A stretch of 60,285 bases of DNA, counting the filler. It is 7 parts of 7 records of this genome, joined end to end, with 100 filler letters (N's around TTAATTAATTAA, not from the genome) between each part and the next. Parts side by side here need not be neighbours in the genome. Positions count along the whole stretch, not along the records: positions 15,799 to 27,925 come from DRR723986_15935; positions 28,026 to 35,704 come from DRR723986_15936; 5 more parts are not named here. One strand, given 5' to 3'. Position 1 is the stretch's first letter. Every line of letters starts with the position of its first letter. A program made the translations under genes and the position numbers. The notes beneath the pieces are model-generated. The model searched no databases. It was not told the origin of the DNA and was given only the letters and a program-made list of their open reading frames with translations. Below are positions 18,928 through 28,027 of this stretch, piece by piece.

Positions 18928-19917
18928 ATGCAGCGACGCAAGATTCTGTTGTTGGGTGGTTCAATGAACCAAACAACAATGATGCATGAAATTTCCCGGC
19001 ATCTACCTGAATTTGAGTGTGTATTCACGCAGATTTATGGCGACGTGATGTTAGATCAGCTGCGCCAGCGTGGGTTCCTGGAATTCTGTGTTCTGGGCAA
19101 TCAATTTCGTGAGCAAACAGAAAAGTACTGTCGCGAAAACAAGCTGCGTATGCAGCGCCCTGGTGAAACGGACTTTGAACTCGTAATTGCCTGCTCCGAT
19201 CTTGTGACGCAACGCGAATTGCGCGGGATCCCCAGAATTCTGGTGCAGGAAGGCATGACGGATCCAGAGAATATTCTCTACTACATCGTCAAGTACCTGC
19301 GTCTGCCACGCTGGATGGCCAGCACATCCACAACCGGTCTTTCGCACGCGTATGATATGTTTTGCGTCGCCTCCGAGGGATATGTCGATCATTTTAAACA
19401 CAAAGGTGTTGACCCCAAGAAGCTCGTGGTGACTGGGATTCCCAACTTTGACAACATCAAAAAACACCTGAACAACTCCTTTGAGCACAAAGGTTATGTG
19501 ATGGTCGCAACCTCGGATACCCGCGAGACTTTTAAGATCGACAGCCGCAAGAAATTTCTGCGCAATGCCAAAGCAATTGCGAACGGGCGGCCAATCCTTG
19601 TCAAGCTGCATCCAAATGAAAATTTGGAGCGTAACAGCGCCGAAATCCGCGAAATCATGCCCGAAGCCATGATATACTCCAAGGGCGACACCAATGCAAT
19701 GATTGCCAATTGCGACGAATTGATCACTCAGTACTCTACCGTAGTCTACGTAGGCCTTGCACTGGATAAGAAGTGCCATTCCTACTTTAATCTTGAAGAG
19801 TTAAAGCGGATGCTGCCCCAGCAGAATGGTGGTAAATCCGCCGGTACTATTGCCCAAAAATGCCGTGAAGTTATCCAACGCCAAAACTCGCAAAAGCCGG
19901 ATATGACCTACGCCTGA
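18928..19917 (+). CDS. GT-B-fold protein, candidate CMP-ulosonic acid (sialyl/Kdn/Kdo-type) transferase
   Basis: VQEG, VTGIPNFD, VKLHP and QYSTV motifs resemble CMP-sugar transferases; first gene of the NeuB cluster. Confidence 0.5.
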   Translation: MQRRKILLLGGSMNQTTMMHEISRHLPEFECVFTQIYGDVMLDQLRQRGFLEFCVLGNQFREQTEKYCRENKLRMQRPGETDFELVIACSDLVTQRELRGIPRILVQEGMTDPENILYYIVKYLRLPRWMASTSTTGLSHAYDMFCVASEGYVDHFKHKGVDPKKLVVTGIPNFDNIKKHLNNSFEHKGYVMVATSDTRETFKIDSRKKFLRNAKAIANGRPILVKLHPNENLERNSAEIREIMPEAMIYSKGDTNAMIANCDELITQYSTVVYVGLALDKKCHSYFNLEELKRMLPQQNGGKSAGTIAQKCREVIQRQNSQKPDMTYA

Positions 19918-20053
19918 TGCGCTCTGCAGCCCTGCACGTCCCTAACTCTCTGGCGTGCCGAAGGTCTTGTTCCCGGTGGATATCGCCGGCGAATAAAACC
20001 GGGAGATTAGCTTGGGGCATCAAAGTGGTGTACGGGTTCCGAAAATCCTCCGC

Positions 20054-20863
20054 ATGGAACACTCAATCGTTACAGTCATTCAGGCGCGAACCGGTTCTTC
20101 GCGTCTTCCGCGCAAAATTCTGATGCCACTGGCCGGTGAAGCCAGCCTGATCCGTCAGGTGGAACGCGTGCAGCAGGCAAAACTGGCCGGTCAGGTGGTG
20201 GTAGCCACAACCGATCATCCCAGCGACGACAGCGTTGTTGAACTCTGCCAAAAGCACGGAGTGAAATGTTTCCGCGGCGACCAGTTGGACCTGCTCGACC
20301 GGCATTATCAGGCCGGCAAACACTTTGCTGCCGACCACGTGGTCAAAATCCCTTCCGACTGCCAGCTGATTTCTCCCTCGATAATTGACCGTGTACTGGG
20401 CTTTTATCTCGAAAACCTGAGCAACTATGATTTCGTCTCCAACCTGCACCCGGCTACATACCCGGATGGAAATGACGTAGAAGTCATGCCATTCGAGCTG
20501 CTGGAGTTGGCGTGGAAAGAAGCCAGGCAGCCTCATGAGCGCGAGCATACAACACCCTTCTTTTGGGATCAACCGGAGCGCTTCCGCATCGGCAACGTGG
20601 CGTGGGAGAGCGGTCTTGACTACTCCATGTCACACCGCTGGACACTCGATTACCAGGAAGACTACGACTTTATGAATGCCATTTACGAGGCATTCTACCC
20701 TGAGAATCCGACTTTTGACATTGACGATATACTGGCGCTGCTGGAACGCAGGCCGGAGATCATGGCAATCAACAGCAAATTTGCGGGCGTAAACTGGTAT
20801 CGTCATCATCTGGACGATTTGCAAACAGTTACCCCCGATCAAACTAATGTAGACGAGTCCTGA
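20054..20863 (+). CDS. SpsF-like cytidylyltransferase (CMP-ulosonate synthetase family)
   Basis: IQARTGSSRLPRK, VATT, REHTT and RWTLDY motifs. Confidence 0.85.
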   Translation: MEHSIVTVIQARTGSSRLPRKILMPLAGEASLIRQVERVQQAKLAGQVVVATTDHPSDDSVVELCQKHGVKCFRGDQLDLLDRHYQAGKHFAADHVVKIPSDCQLISPSIIDRVLGFYLENLSNYDFVSNLHPATYPDGNDVEVMPFELLELAWKEARQPHEREHTTPFFWDQPERFRIGNVAWESGLDYSMSHRWTLDYQEDYDFMNAIYEAFYPENPTFDIDDILALLERRPEIMAINSKFAGVNWYRHHLDDLQTVTPDQTNVDES

Positions 20864-20867
20864 GCAT

Positions 20868-21755
20868 ATGGCACATGATTCAAATGGCACGGCACCACTG
20901 AGTGACGCCGCCATTAAAGACCTGAGCGAAACCGCACTGCACGTGCGTGAGCATATTATTCGCATGTCCACGGACGGCGGGTGTTTCATCGGCGCCTCTC
21001 TCTCCTGTGCCGATTTGATTGTGTATCTGTACAAACATGCCCTTGACGTCAGCCCGGAACGCCTGGATGATCCGGAGCGCGACTATCTTTTTCTGTCGAA
21101 AGGGCATGACGTTCCAGCACTCTACGGCACCTTTGCTGAGCTGGGCTGGATAGAGCGCGATCGCCTCAAAAATCACCTGAAAACGAATGATGACATTTAC
21201 TGGCACCCCAACCGCAATATTCCAGGAATTGAGTACTACTCAGGTTCCCTGGGGCACCTTTTGCCGGTAGCCGTTGGTGTGGCTCTCGACTGCAAGATGC
21301 GCGGTCAGAACAACAAAATTGTTGTGATTACTGGTGATGGTGAGCTGGATGAAGGCTCCAACTGGGAAGCCATGCTCGTGGCACAGGCCTACAAGCTGGA
21401 CAACCTGGTGATTGTGGTGGACCGCAACGCCTTCCAGGCCAATATTGCCACGGAAGACCTGATTCCACTGGAACCGCTCGACAAAAAACTGGAAGCCTTT
21501 GGCTGCGACGTCAAGACTGTGAATGGGCATGACTTTAACGCGATGCACGATGCATTCAGCGGATTTCCATTCAGCAGCGGCAAACCTTCGGCCGTTATCG
21601 CCAAAACAGTTCGCGGCCGCGGACTTCCGAGTATTGAAGCCCGTGCGGACCGTTGGTTCGTCAACTTCACGCATGAGGAAGTCGAGCAGTTGCTCCTGGA
21701 ACTCCACGGCGGCGATACTACGAACCTGACGTCCGAAACTCTGACTGTGCGCTAA
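20868..21755 (+). CDS. Transketolase-like protein, N-terminal ThDP-binding subunit
   Basis: LSKGH, SGSLGH and GDGELDEGSNWEA...DRN ThDP motif. Confidence 0.9.
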   Translation: MAHDSNGTAPLSDAAIKDLSETALHVREHIIRMSTDGGCFIGASLSCADLIVYLYKHALDVSPERLDDPERDYLFLSKGHDVPALYGTFAELGWIERDRLKNHLKTNDDIYWHPNRNIPGIEYYSGSLGHLLPVAVGVALDCKMRGQNNKIVVITGDGELDEGSNWEAMLVAQAYKLDNLVIVVDRNAFQANIATEDLIPLEPLDKKLEAFGCDVKTVNGHDFNAMHDAFSGFPFSSGKPSAVIAKTVRGRGLPSIEARADRWFVNFTHEEVEQLLLELHGGDTTNLTSETLTVR

Positions 21756-21786
21756 TCTTCCACACTTTCAATCGGCAGAAAATTTC

Positions 21787-22701
21787 ATGACTTACGAAGA
21801 ATATCTCAAAGATCTGGCGGATCGTGATGAGCGCCTGGTTGTTATGACGGCAGAGAATCGCGCTATCATTCGTGGCCTGCCGCCGCTCCTTGGCGATCGT
21901 TTTATCGATACCGGAATTACTGAACAAACCATGATCGGCGCTGCTGCCGGCCTGGCACTGCGTGGCCGCATTCCAATTGCGCACGCCCTGGCCTGTTTCC
22001 TGACGATGCGTGCCTACGAATTTATTCGCACCGACGTTGGCATCAGCGGCCTCCCGGTCAAAATCAGTGGTTTTGTGCCCGGCATTCTCTCCGAAGCCAA
22101 TGGGCCAACGCACCAGGCAATCGAAGATGTAGCCATTATGCGTGGCATTCCGCCCATGCGCATCTTCTGCCCGGCTGACTTTCAGGATATGATGCTCGGC
22201 ATGGAAAAAGTACTGATGGATCCGCATCCATGGTACATCCGCTGCGTGCACATTCCCGCTGATGCAGGTTTTGAGCACACCAGCGAATTTGAAATCGGCA
22301 AAGCCGAACAGTTTGGTGATGGGACGGACATTGCGCTTCTGACCTATGGCGAAATGTTCCGCCATGCCTATAAAACCAAAGCAATGCTGGAAGCACAAGG
22401 TAAATCTGTGCGCCTGCTGAACCTGCGCTCACTCAAGCCAATTGATACCGAAGCCGTACTGGACGCTCTGCGCTCAACTTCGTTGACTGTGGCGATAGAA
22501 GATCACTTCCGCATTGGCGGATTGTATTCAATCATTGCAGAAATGGCGCTCGAACACGGCGTACAGGCCAATGTTGAATCGATCTCATTCGATAACAAGT
22601 GGTTTAAACCCGCGCTAATGGCGGATGTGCTTGAGTATGAAAAGCTGCGGCCTGAAGACCTGGTTGAGCGTGTGATGACGCGCTACAATCAACTCGGCTA
22701 A
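21787..22701 (+). CDS. Transketolase-like protein, C-terminal subunit
   Basis: DTGITEQ, RAYEFIR, GPTHQAIED, SLKPID and EDH motifs. Confidence 0.9.
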   Translation: MTYEEYLKDLADRDERLVVMTAENRAIIRGLPPLLGDRFIDTGITEQTMIGAAAGLALRGRIPIAHALACFLTMRAYEFIRTDVGISGLPVKISGFVPGILSEANGPTHQAIEDVAIMRGIPPMRIFCPADFQDMMLGMEKVLMDPHPWYIRCVHIPADAGFEHTSEFEIGKAEQFGDGTDIALLTYGEMFRHAYKTKAMLEAQGKSVRLLNLRSLKPIDTEAVLDALRSTSLTVAIEDHFRIGGLYSIIAEMALEHGVQANVESISFDNKWFKPALMADVLEYEKLRPEDLVERVMTRYNQLG

Positions 22702-22755
22702 GAGAATTCAGGCCCCGGCGACAAAGCCTGTTGGCTTGCCCCTAGACAAAGATCC

Positions 22756-22788
22756 GGAGGTGCCAAAACGGCACCTCCACCGTTTTTC
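22756..22788 (+). terminator. Intra-cluster terminator-like hairpin
   Basis: GGAGGTGCC-aaaac-GGCACCTCC followed by ACCGTTTTT. Confidence 0.5.
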
Positions 22789-22838
22789 TCCGCTTCCATT
22801 TGCAAATTCCCGTATCTGAGAGATTTGAGGTACATCAC

Positions 22839-24176
22839 ATGAGTAATATCGTTGGACCCAACGAAAACTATCCCGACATCACGCGCTCGCAGGAACTCTA
22901 CGAACGCGCTCTGAATCTGATCCCAGCCGTAACCCAAACCCTGGCAAAAGGCCCGGGACAGCATACGCGTGGCGTAGCTCCCATCTATCTGCAGCGTGGC
23001 CATGGCTCACATGTCTGGGATGTTGACGGCAATGAATACATCGATTATACCATGGGTGTCGGCCCGCTTTCTCTTGGCTATTGCAATCCCGTTGTTGACG
23101 CGGCTGTGCGCGCGCAGCTGGACGACGGTATTACATTTTCACTGATGCACCCGCTCGAAGTCGAAGTTGCTGAATTAATGCGCGAAGTCATTCCCGGAGC
23201 CGAAGCTGTGCGCTTTAGCAAAACTGGCGCCGACGTGACCAGCGCCGCCGTGCGTGCCGCACGTGCCTTTACCGGTAAATCTAAGGTTTTGTGCTGCGGA
23301 TACCACGGGTGGCACGATTGGTACATTGGAGTTACCGACCGCATCAGTGGCATTCCCGACAATATTCAGGATCTGAGCTTCACGATTCCATACAACGACA
23401 TCGAAGGTGTGCGCGCCTCGCTGGAAAAAGACAGCGACATCGCCTGCATCATTCTTGAGCCGATTGTATTTGAAGCTCCCAAAGACGATTTCCTGCAGAA
23501 ACTGCGTGCGCTCTGTACGGAGCACGGCGTTCTGCTGATTTTTGATGAAATGTGGACCGGTTTCCGCCTCGCACTTGGCGGCGCGCAGGAGTATTTTGGT
23601 GTGCAGGCCGACATGGCCTGTTTCTCCAAAGCTGTGGCCAACGGTATGCCCGTTTCGATGTTGACCGGCCGCGCCGATGTGATGGAAGTCTTTGAGTCCA
23701 AAGTCTTTTTCTACACAACCTTCGGCGGCGAAGCGCTCTCACTGGCAGCCGCCAAAGCTACCATCACTGAGCTGCGCGAGAAAAAAGTCGCTGAATACCT
23801 GGCCACTCAAGGCAAAAAACTGCGTGAAGGTTATAATCGCATCGCCAAAGAAGTTGGCGTGGATCAATACACGCGCTGCTTCGGTTACGACTGCCGCAGT
23901 ATCATAACCTTCGATCCTTCTGCCGGCAACCCGTTGGAAGTCAAAGCCTATGTCCAGCAGGAGATGATCAAAAACGGTATCCTTTGGGGTGGTTTCCACA
24001 ACATGTGTTTTGCACACAGCGATGCAGATATCGACTACACGCTCGGCGTCTACGCGCGCGTCCTGCCTCTGCTCAGAGACGCGATCGAAGCCGGAGACCT
24101 GCCCGCACGCATGCGCGGTGAAGCTCTGGAAGCCGTCTTCCGCAAAACATCAAAATTCCATACCAAACCGAACTAA
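22839..24176 (+). CDS. Class III PLP aminotransferase (GSA-aminomutase-like fold)
   Basis: WDVDGNEYIDY, YHGWHD, FDEMWTGFR, FSKAVANG (PLP lysine); ATG at 22839 follows GAGG. Confidence 0.88.
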   Translation: MSNIVGPNENYPDITRSQELYERALNLIPAVTQTLAKGPGQHTRGVAPIYLQRGHGSHVWDVDGNEYIDYTMGVGPLSLGYCNPVVDAAVRAQLDDGITFSLMHPLEVEVAELMREVIPGAEAVRFSKTGADVTSAAVRAARAFTGKSKVLCCGYHGWHDWYIGVTDRISGIPDNIQDLSFTIPYNDIEGVRASLEKDSDIACIILEPIVFEAPKDDFLQKLRALCTEHGVLLIFDEMWTGFRLALGGAQEYFGVQADMACFSKAVANGMPVSMLTGRADVMEVFESKVFFYTTFGGEALSLAAAKATITELREKKVAEYLATQGKKLREGYNRIAKEVGVDQYTRCFGYDCRSIITFDPSAGNPLEVKAYVQQEMIKNGILWGGFHNMCFAHSDADIDYTLGVYARVLPLLRDAIEAGDLPARMRGEALEAVFRKTSKFHTKPN

Positions 24177-24203
24177 TTACAGACCGGTAAGGACGCACAC
24201 ACA

Positions 24204-25013
24204 ATGCAGAATTCTCAATTTTCCCTCGAAGGTCGCACAGCAATCGTGACCGGCGCCAACGGCCTGATCGGCAGGCAGCACTGCCGCGCACTGGCTGAAG
24301 CCGGAGCTAACGTGGTGGCTACCGACTTAAAAGCAGCTGACTGTCAGGCGATTGCCGCTGATCTGCCCGGCAATGCCGTCGGCATTGCTGCAGACGTGAC
24401 GGACAAAGCCAGCCTGGAAGCCTTGCGCGATGCCAGTCTGGAACGTTTCGGCAGCATCGATATTCTGGTTAACAATGCCGCATACAACGACTCTGTTGAG
24501 AACCGGTCCAAAGATGATATTAACGCATTTGAAGACTATTCACTTGAGAAGTTTCGCAGGTCGATGGACATAAACGTTACCGGTGTTTTCCTTTGCTCGC
24601 AGGTCCTCGGTGCGCCGATGGCGGCACAGGGCAAAGGCAGCATTATTAACGTTGCTTCCACCTACGGCATCGTTGGGCCGGATCAATCGTTATACATTAA
24701 CGATGACGGTGAACAAACGATGTTTAAGTCACCCGACTATCCGGCATCCAAGGGCGCAGTGATTAACTTCACGCGGTTTCTGGCGGCCTACTGGGGACCT
24801 AAAGGTGTGCGTGTTAACACACTTTCTCCAGGTGGCGTTGAGAATACAGGGCAGGCCGACTGGTTTGTAGCCAATTACAGTATGCGCACTCCGCTGGGCC
24901 GTATGGCTCAACCCACGGATTACAAGGGCGCAGTTGTTTACCTGGCTTCCGACGCTTCGGCGTACATGACGGGTGCCAACCTGGTTGTCGATGGCGGCTG
25001 GACCGCCTGGTAA
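24204..25013 (+). CDS. SDR-family oxidoreductase
   Basis: TGANGLIG, LVNNA, YPASK, VRVNTLSPGG, VVDGGWTAW. Confidence 0.9.
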   Translation: MQNSQFSLEGRTAIVTGANGLIGRQHCRALAEAGANVVATDLKAADCQAIAADLPGNAVGIAADVTDKASLEALRDASLERFGSIDILVNNAAYNDSVENRSKDDINAFEDYSLEKFRRSMDINVTGVFLCSQVLGAPMAAQGKGSIINVASTYGIVGPDQSLYINDDGEQTMFKSPDYPASKGAVINFTRFLAAYWGPKGVRVNTLSPGGVENTGQADWFVANYSMRTPLGRMAQPTDYKGAVVYLASDASAYMTGANLVVDGGWTAW

Positions 25014-25190
25014 TTAATCGAGAATTCCAATTGATGCCACAGTGAATTGCAACAGACATGTAGTCTTCAATTCTTCTAGTGCGTCTACTAACAAAACAAT
25101 TCTGCTCAGCAAAAGCACGTTCCATGTTTAACATCTGATATTGTTAACAACCTGACGTGCTAACTGTTAAGTAAAGTCCCATCGCGCTGC

Positions 25191-25694
25191 GTGGGGGAGG
25201 AAATTGTGAATAAGCGTGCTAAACGCATTAAGTATGTCCTGACGGACTGCGATGGTGTTCTGACCGATGCGGGCGTTTACTACTCCAGCAAGGGTGAAGA
25301 ACTTAAACGTTTTTCCATCCGCGACGGCATGGGAGTAGAACGTTTGCGCAATGTTGGGATTCCAACCGGCATTATTACAGGTGAGACTTCTGGGTCGGTG
25401 GTTCGGCGTGCAGAAAAACTCAAGATTAAAGAGCTGCACCTGGGAATTAAAGATAAACCGCCGGTGTTTGCGGACATCCTGGAGCGCCACGGTTTAACCG
25501 CCGAAGAGGTGGCGTATATCGGCGATGATGTTAATGATCTGGAAGTTCTGCGCATGGCCGGTTTTGCTGCCTGCCCTGCAGATGCACTCCCGCAGATTCG
25601 CAATTGTGTGCACTACGTGTGTAAATCCAACGGAGGCCACGGTGCCTTCCGCGAACTGGCCGAAATGATTATTGACGCCTACGAAACTGAATAA
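25191..25694 (+). CDS. KdsC/YrbI-family HAD phosphatase (Kdo-8-P or Kdn-9-P phosphatase-like)
   Basis: DCDGVLTD, FSIRDGMG, IITG, YIGDDVND, GGHGAFRE. Confidence 0.88.
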   Translation: MGEEIVNKRAKRIKYVLTDCDGVLTDAGVYYSSKGEELKRFSIRDGMGVERLRNVGIPTGIITGETSGSVVRRAEKLKIKELHLGIKDKPPVFADILERHGLTAEEVAYIGDDVNDLEVLRMAGFAACPADALPQIRNCVHYVCKSNGGHGAFRELAEMIIDAYETE

Positions 25695-25823
25695 ACCCGA
25701 CAGTGAGTGCATCCCATGATGCACACAAGCATAAATTTTGACATACAATTCTCACAATGCGGCTGCCGGGCGGCAGTCACATCCTAACAAGCGCACACTA
25801 ATAAGCGCTGGAGATATTTCCGC

Positions 25824-26711
25824 ATGAGCAATCAAAGCACAAGAACTGTTGACGTCGGCGGCCGCCCGATCGGCGACGGTCACCCGGTGTACATCATCGG
25901 CGAAATTGGCATCAATCACAATGGTGATCTCGACGTCGCTAAAAAGATGATCGAAGGTGCGGTCTTTGCCGGAGCAGATGCCGTCAAGTTCCAAAAACGC
26001 ACACCGGAACTGTGTGTGCCTAAAGACCAGTGGGAAATTGAGCGCGATACGCCCTGGGGCCGCATGACGTACATTGCATACCGGCACCGCGTAGAATTTG
26101 ATGCAGACCAGTACGGCGAAATCGATCGTTTCTGCAAAGAACGTGGTATCCAGTGGACCGCATCCTGCTGGGATGAAGAAGCCGTTAACTTTATGGAGCA
26201 GTTTAACCCGCCGTTCTATAAAGCCGCTTCCGCCAGCCTGACGGATCATCCGCTGCTCAAGAAAAAAGCCGGCACCGGCCGTCCTCTCATGATTTCGACC
26301 GGCATGTCCACGCAGGAAGAAATTGACGGCGCCACCGATGCAATCGGCACTGACAATCTGATGATTGCACATTCGACGTCTTCATACCCGGCTCCGACCG
26401 AGGAATTGAACCTCAAGATGATCGATACGCTGCGCGCGCAGTATCCCAACTGCCCAATCGGCTATTCCGGTCACGAAGTCGGCCTGGCGCCAACATGGGC
26501 CGCCGTAGCCAAAGGCGCTAACTTTATCGAACGTCACATCACGATCGACCGTGCCATGTGGGGCTCCGATCAGGCTGCATCAGTCGAGATTATGGGCCTG
26601 CACCAACTGATCCGTAACGTGCGCGATATTGAGAAGGCACTGGGCGACGGCGTCAAAAAAGTCTACGACAGTGAAATGGGCGCCCGCAAGAAATTGCGCC
26701 GCGTCAAGTAA
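25824..26711 (+). CDS. NeuB-family PEP-dependent ulosonic acid synthase (short form, no C-terminal SAF domain)
   Basis: EIGINHNG, AVKFQKR, ISTGMS, GYSGHE, ERHIT; 295 aa. Confidence 0.92.
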   Translation: MSNQSTRTVDVGGRPIGDGHPVYIIGEIGINHNGDLDVAKKMIEGAVFAGADAVKFQKRTPELCVPKDQWEIERDTPWGRMTYIAYRHRVEFDADQYGEIDRFCKERGIQWTASCWDEEAVNFMEQFNPPFYKAASASLTDHPLLKKKAGTGRPLMISTGMSTQEEIDGATDAIGTDNLMIAHSTSSYPAPTEELNLKMIDTLRAQYPNCPIGYSGHEVGLAPTWAAVAKGANFIERHITIDRAMWGSDQAASVEIMGLHQLIRNVRDIEKALGDGVKKVYDSEMGARKKLRRVK

Positions 26712-26740
26712 GAGTCTGTTGTTGCAGAATATGCGCTTTT

Positions 26741-26764
26741 CTGGCCTGCCGCAAGGCAGGCCAG
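26741..26764 (+). terminator. GNRA-capped hairpin after the NeuB-family gene
   Basis: CTGGCCTGCC-GCAA-GGCAGGCCAG; weak U-tract. Confidence 0.45.
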
Positions 26765-26791
26765 TCTTGAAAACAGGAAAGCAAAATTCCT

Positions 26792-27829
26792 ATGGGTGAC
26801 TTCAAATTTGACTTCCAGATGATCGGTTTTGCGATCATTATCGGCAGTGCCCTCCTCTTCATGTTACTGGAGCGGGTGCGCCCCTACAACAAGAACCAGC
26901 CGTTTTTCCGCGAGGGATTCTGGAATGATTTGCTCTGGTACACCGCAATCCAGAATTACATTCTCCAGATAATCATTTTCTCGGGCATCATCGCCTTCCT
27001 GGACAGCAGCACGCAGTTTTCGCGTCTGGATTTACTGGCGGACTGGCCCATCTGGGCGCAGCTGATATTGTTTACCGTCACGCACGATTTGTACATCTAT
27101 CTCTACCATCGCTGGCAACACAAGAATAAGGTTTTGTGGCGCACGCATGAGGCGCATCACTCTCCGGTTCACGTTGACTGGATAGCGGGTTCACGCTCAC
27201 ACGCAGGCGAAATTCTGATTAACCAAACGATTGAGTTTGCGCCGATAGTTTTGCTGGGCGCGCCAATCGAAGTGATCGTGCTCAAGGGTGTTATCAGTGG
27301 CGTCTGGGGCATGTATATACACGCGAATATCGACGTGCGTAGCGGCTGGTTGCAGTATATCATCAACGGCCCGGAGATGCATCGCTGGCATCACGCCGAC
27401 TGGCCACCCGAGGCTCTCGACAAAAATTTCAGTACCAAGTTCGCTTTCTGGGACTGGATGTTCGGCACGGCGTATTTACCCGACGCCAAGGCCCAGGAAT
27501 TTGGTCTGGCACATTCGCGATTTCCGCAGTCCGAGATCGAGGGCAGCAAACGTCCCTGGATTCAGCAGATTTTGGGCTGGGAGTGGTTACGTCAGAACGC
27601 CTTCGCTTTCCGCAGTTTCAAATACAGCCGTGAGGAGCAGGAAAAACTTGCCGCCGAACGCAAGCTCCGCGAAGCCGAGTATCTTAAGCGCGAGGCTCAG
27701 CGCACGCAGTCGAGTAACGGTCACGCGAGCAATGGTCAGTCTGGCGCAGAAGCCAATGTCCAAAACCATTCCACGGCCGCCGCACAGGAATCTGGCGACG
27801 CACAGGCTACGTCAACTGCGGACCACTAG
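26792..27829 (+). CDS. Sterol desaturase / fatty acid hydroxylase superfamily membrane di-iron enzyme
   Basis: His boxes HRWQH, HEAHH, HANI and HRWHH; FWDWMFGT; transmembrane segments; low-complexity tail. Confidence 0.88.
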   Translation: MGDFKFDFQMIGFAIIIGSALLFMLLERVRPYNKNQPFFREGFWNDLLWYTAIQNYILQIIIFSGIIAFLDSSTQFSRLDLLADWPIWAQLILFTVTHDLYIYLYHRWQHKNKVLWRTHEAHHSPVHVDWIAGSRSHAGEILINQTIEFAPIVLLGAPIEVIVLKGVISGVWGMYIHANIDVRSGWLQYIINGPEMHRWHHADWPPEALDKNFSTKFAFWDWMFGTAYLPDAKAQEFGLAHSRFPQSEIEGSKRPWIQQILGWEWLRQNAFAFRSFKYSREEQEKLAAERKLREAEYLKREAQRTQSSNGHASNGQSGAEANVQNHSTAAAQESGDAQATSTADH

Positions 27830-27854
27830 AATTTGCCGCTTTGGCTTATCGGTT

Positions 27855-27912
27855 CAAGTTCAGGGATCGATGCAAGTTCAATGACTGATTCAAGCTCAAT
27901 GACTGATTCAAG
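27855..27912. repeat. 18-bp tandem repeat (about 3 copies) near the contig end
   Basis: CAAGTTCAGGGATCGATG / CAAGTTCAATGACTGATT / CAAGCTCAATGACTGATT / CAAG. Confidence 0.65.
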
Positions 27913-27925
27913 AATAGGGATTGAT

Positions 27926-28025
27926 NNNNNNNNNNNNNNNNNNNNNNNNNNNNNNNNNNNNNNNNNNNNTTAATTAATTAANNNNNNNNNNNNNNNNNNN
28001 NNNNNNNNNNNNNNNNNNNNNNNNN
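27926..28025. other. Artificial contig spacer
   Basis: N-run with TTAATTAATTAA. Confidence 0.99.
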
Positions 28026-28027
28026 TG

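Noticed and set aside
20868..22701. Frameshifted or pseudogenised transketolase
   Set aside because: Both halves have their own start and stop codons and intact motifs; two-subunit transketolase-like enzymes are a known natural arrangement.
22839..24176. hemL (glutamate-1-semialdehyde aminomutase)
   Set aside because: Same fold, but it has FYTTFGGE in place of the HemL-type QAGTLSGN segment and sits in a sugar cluster.
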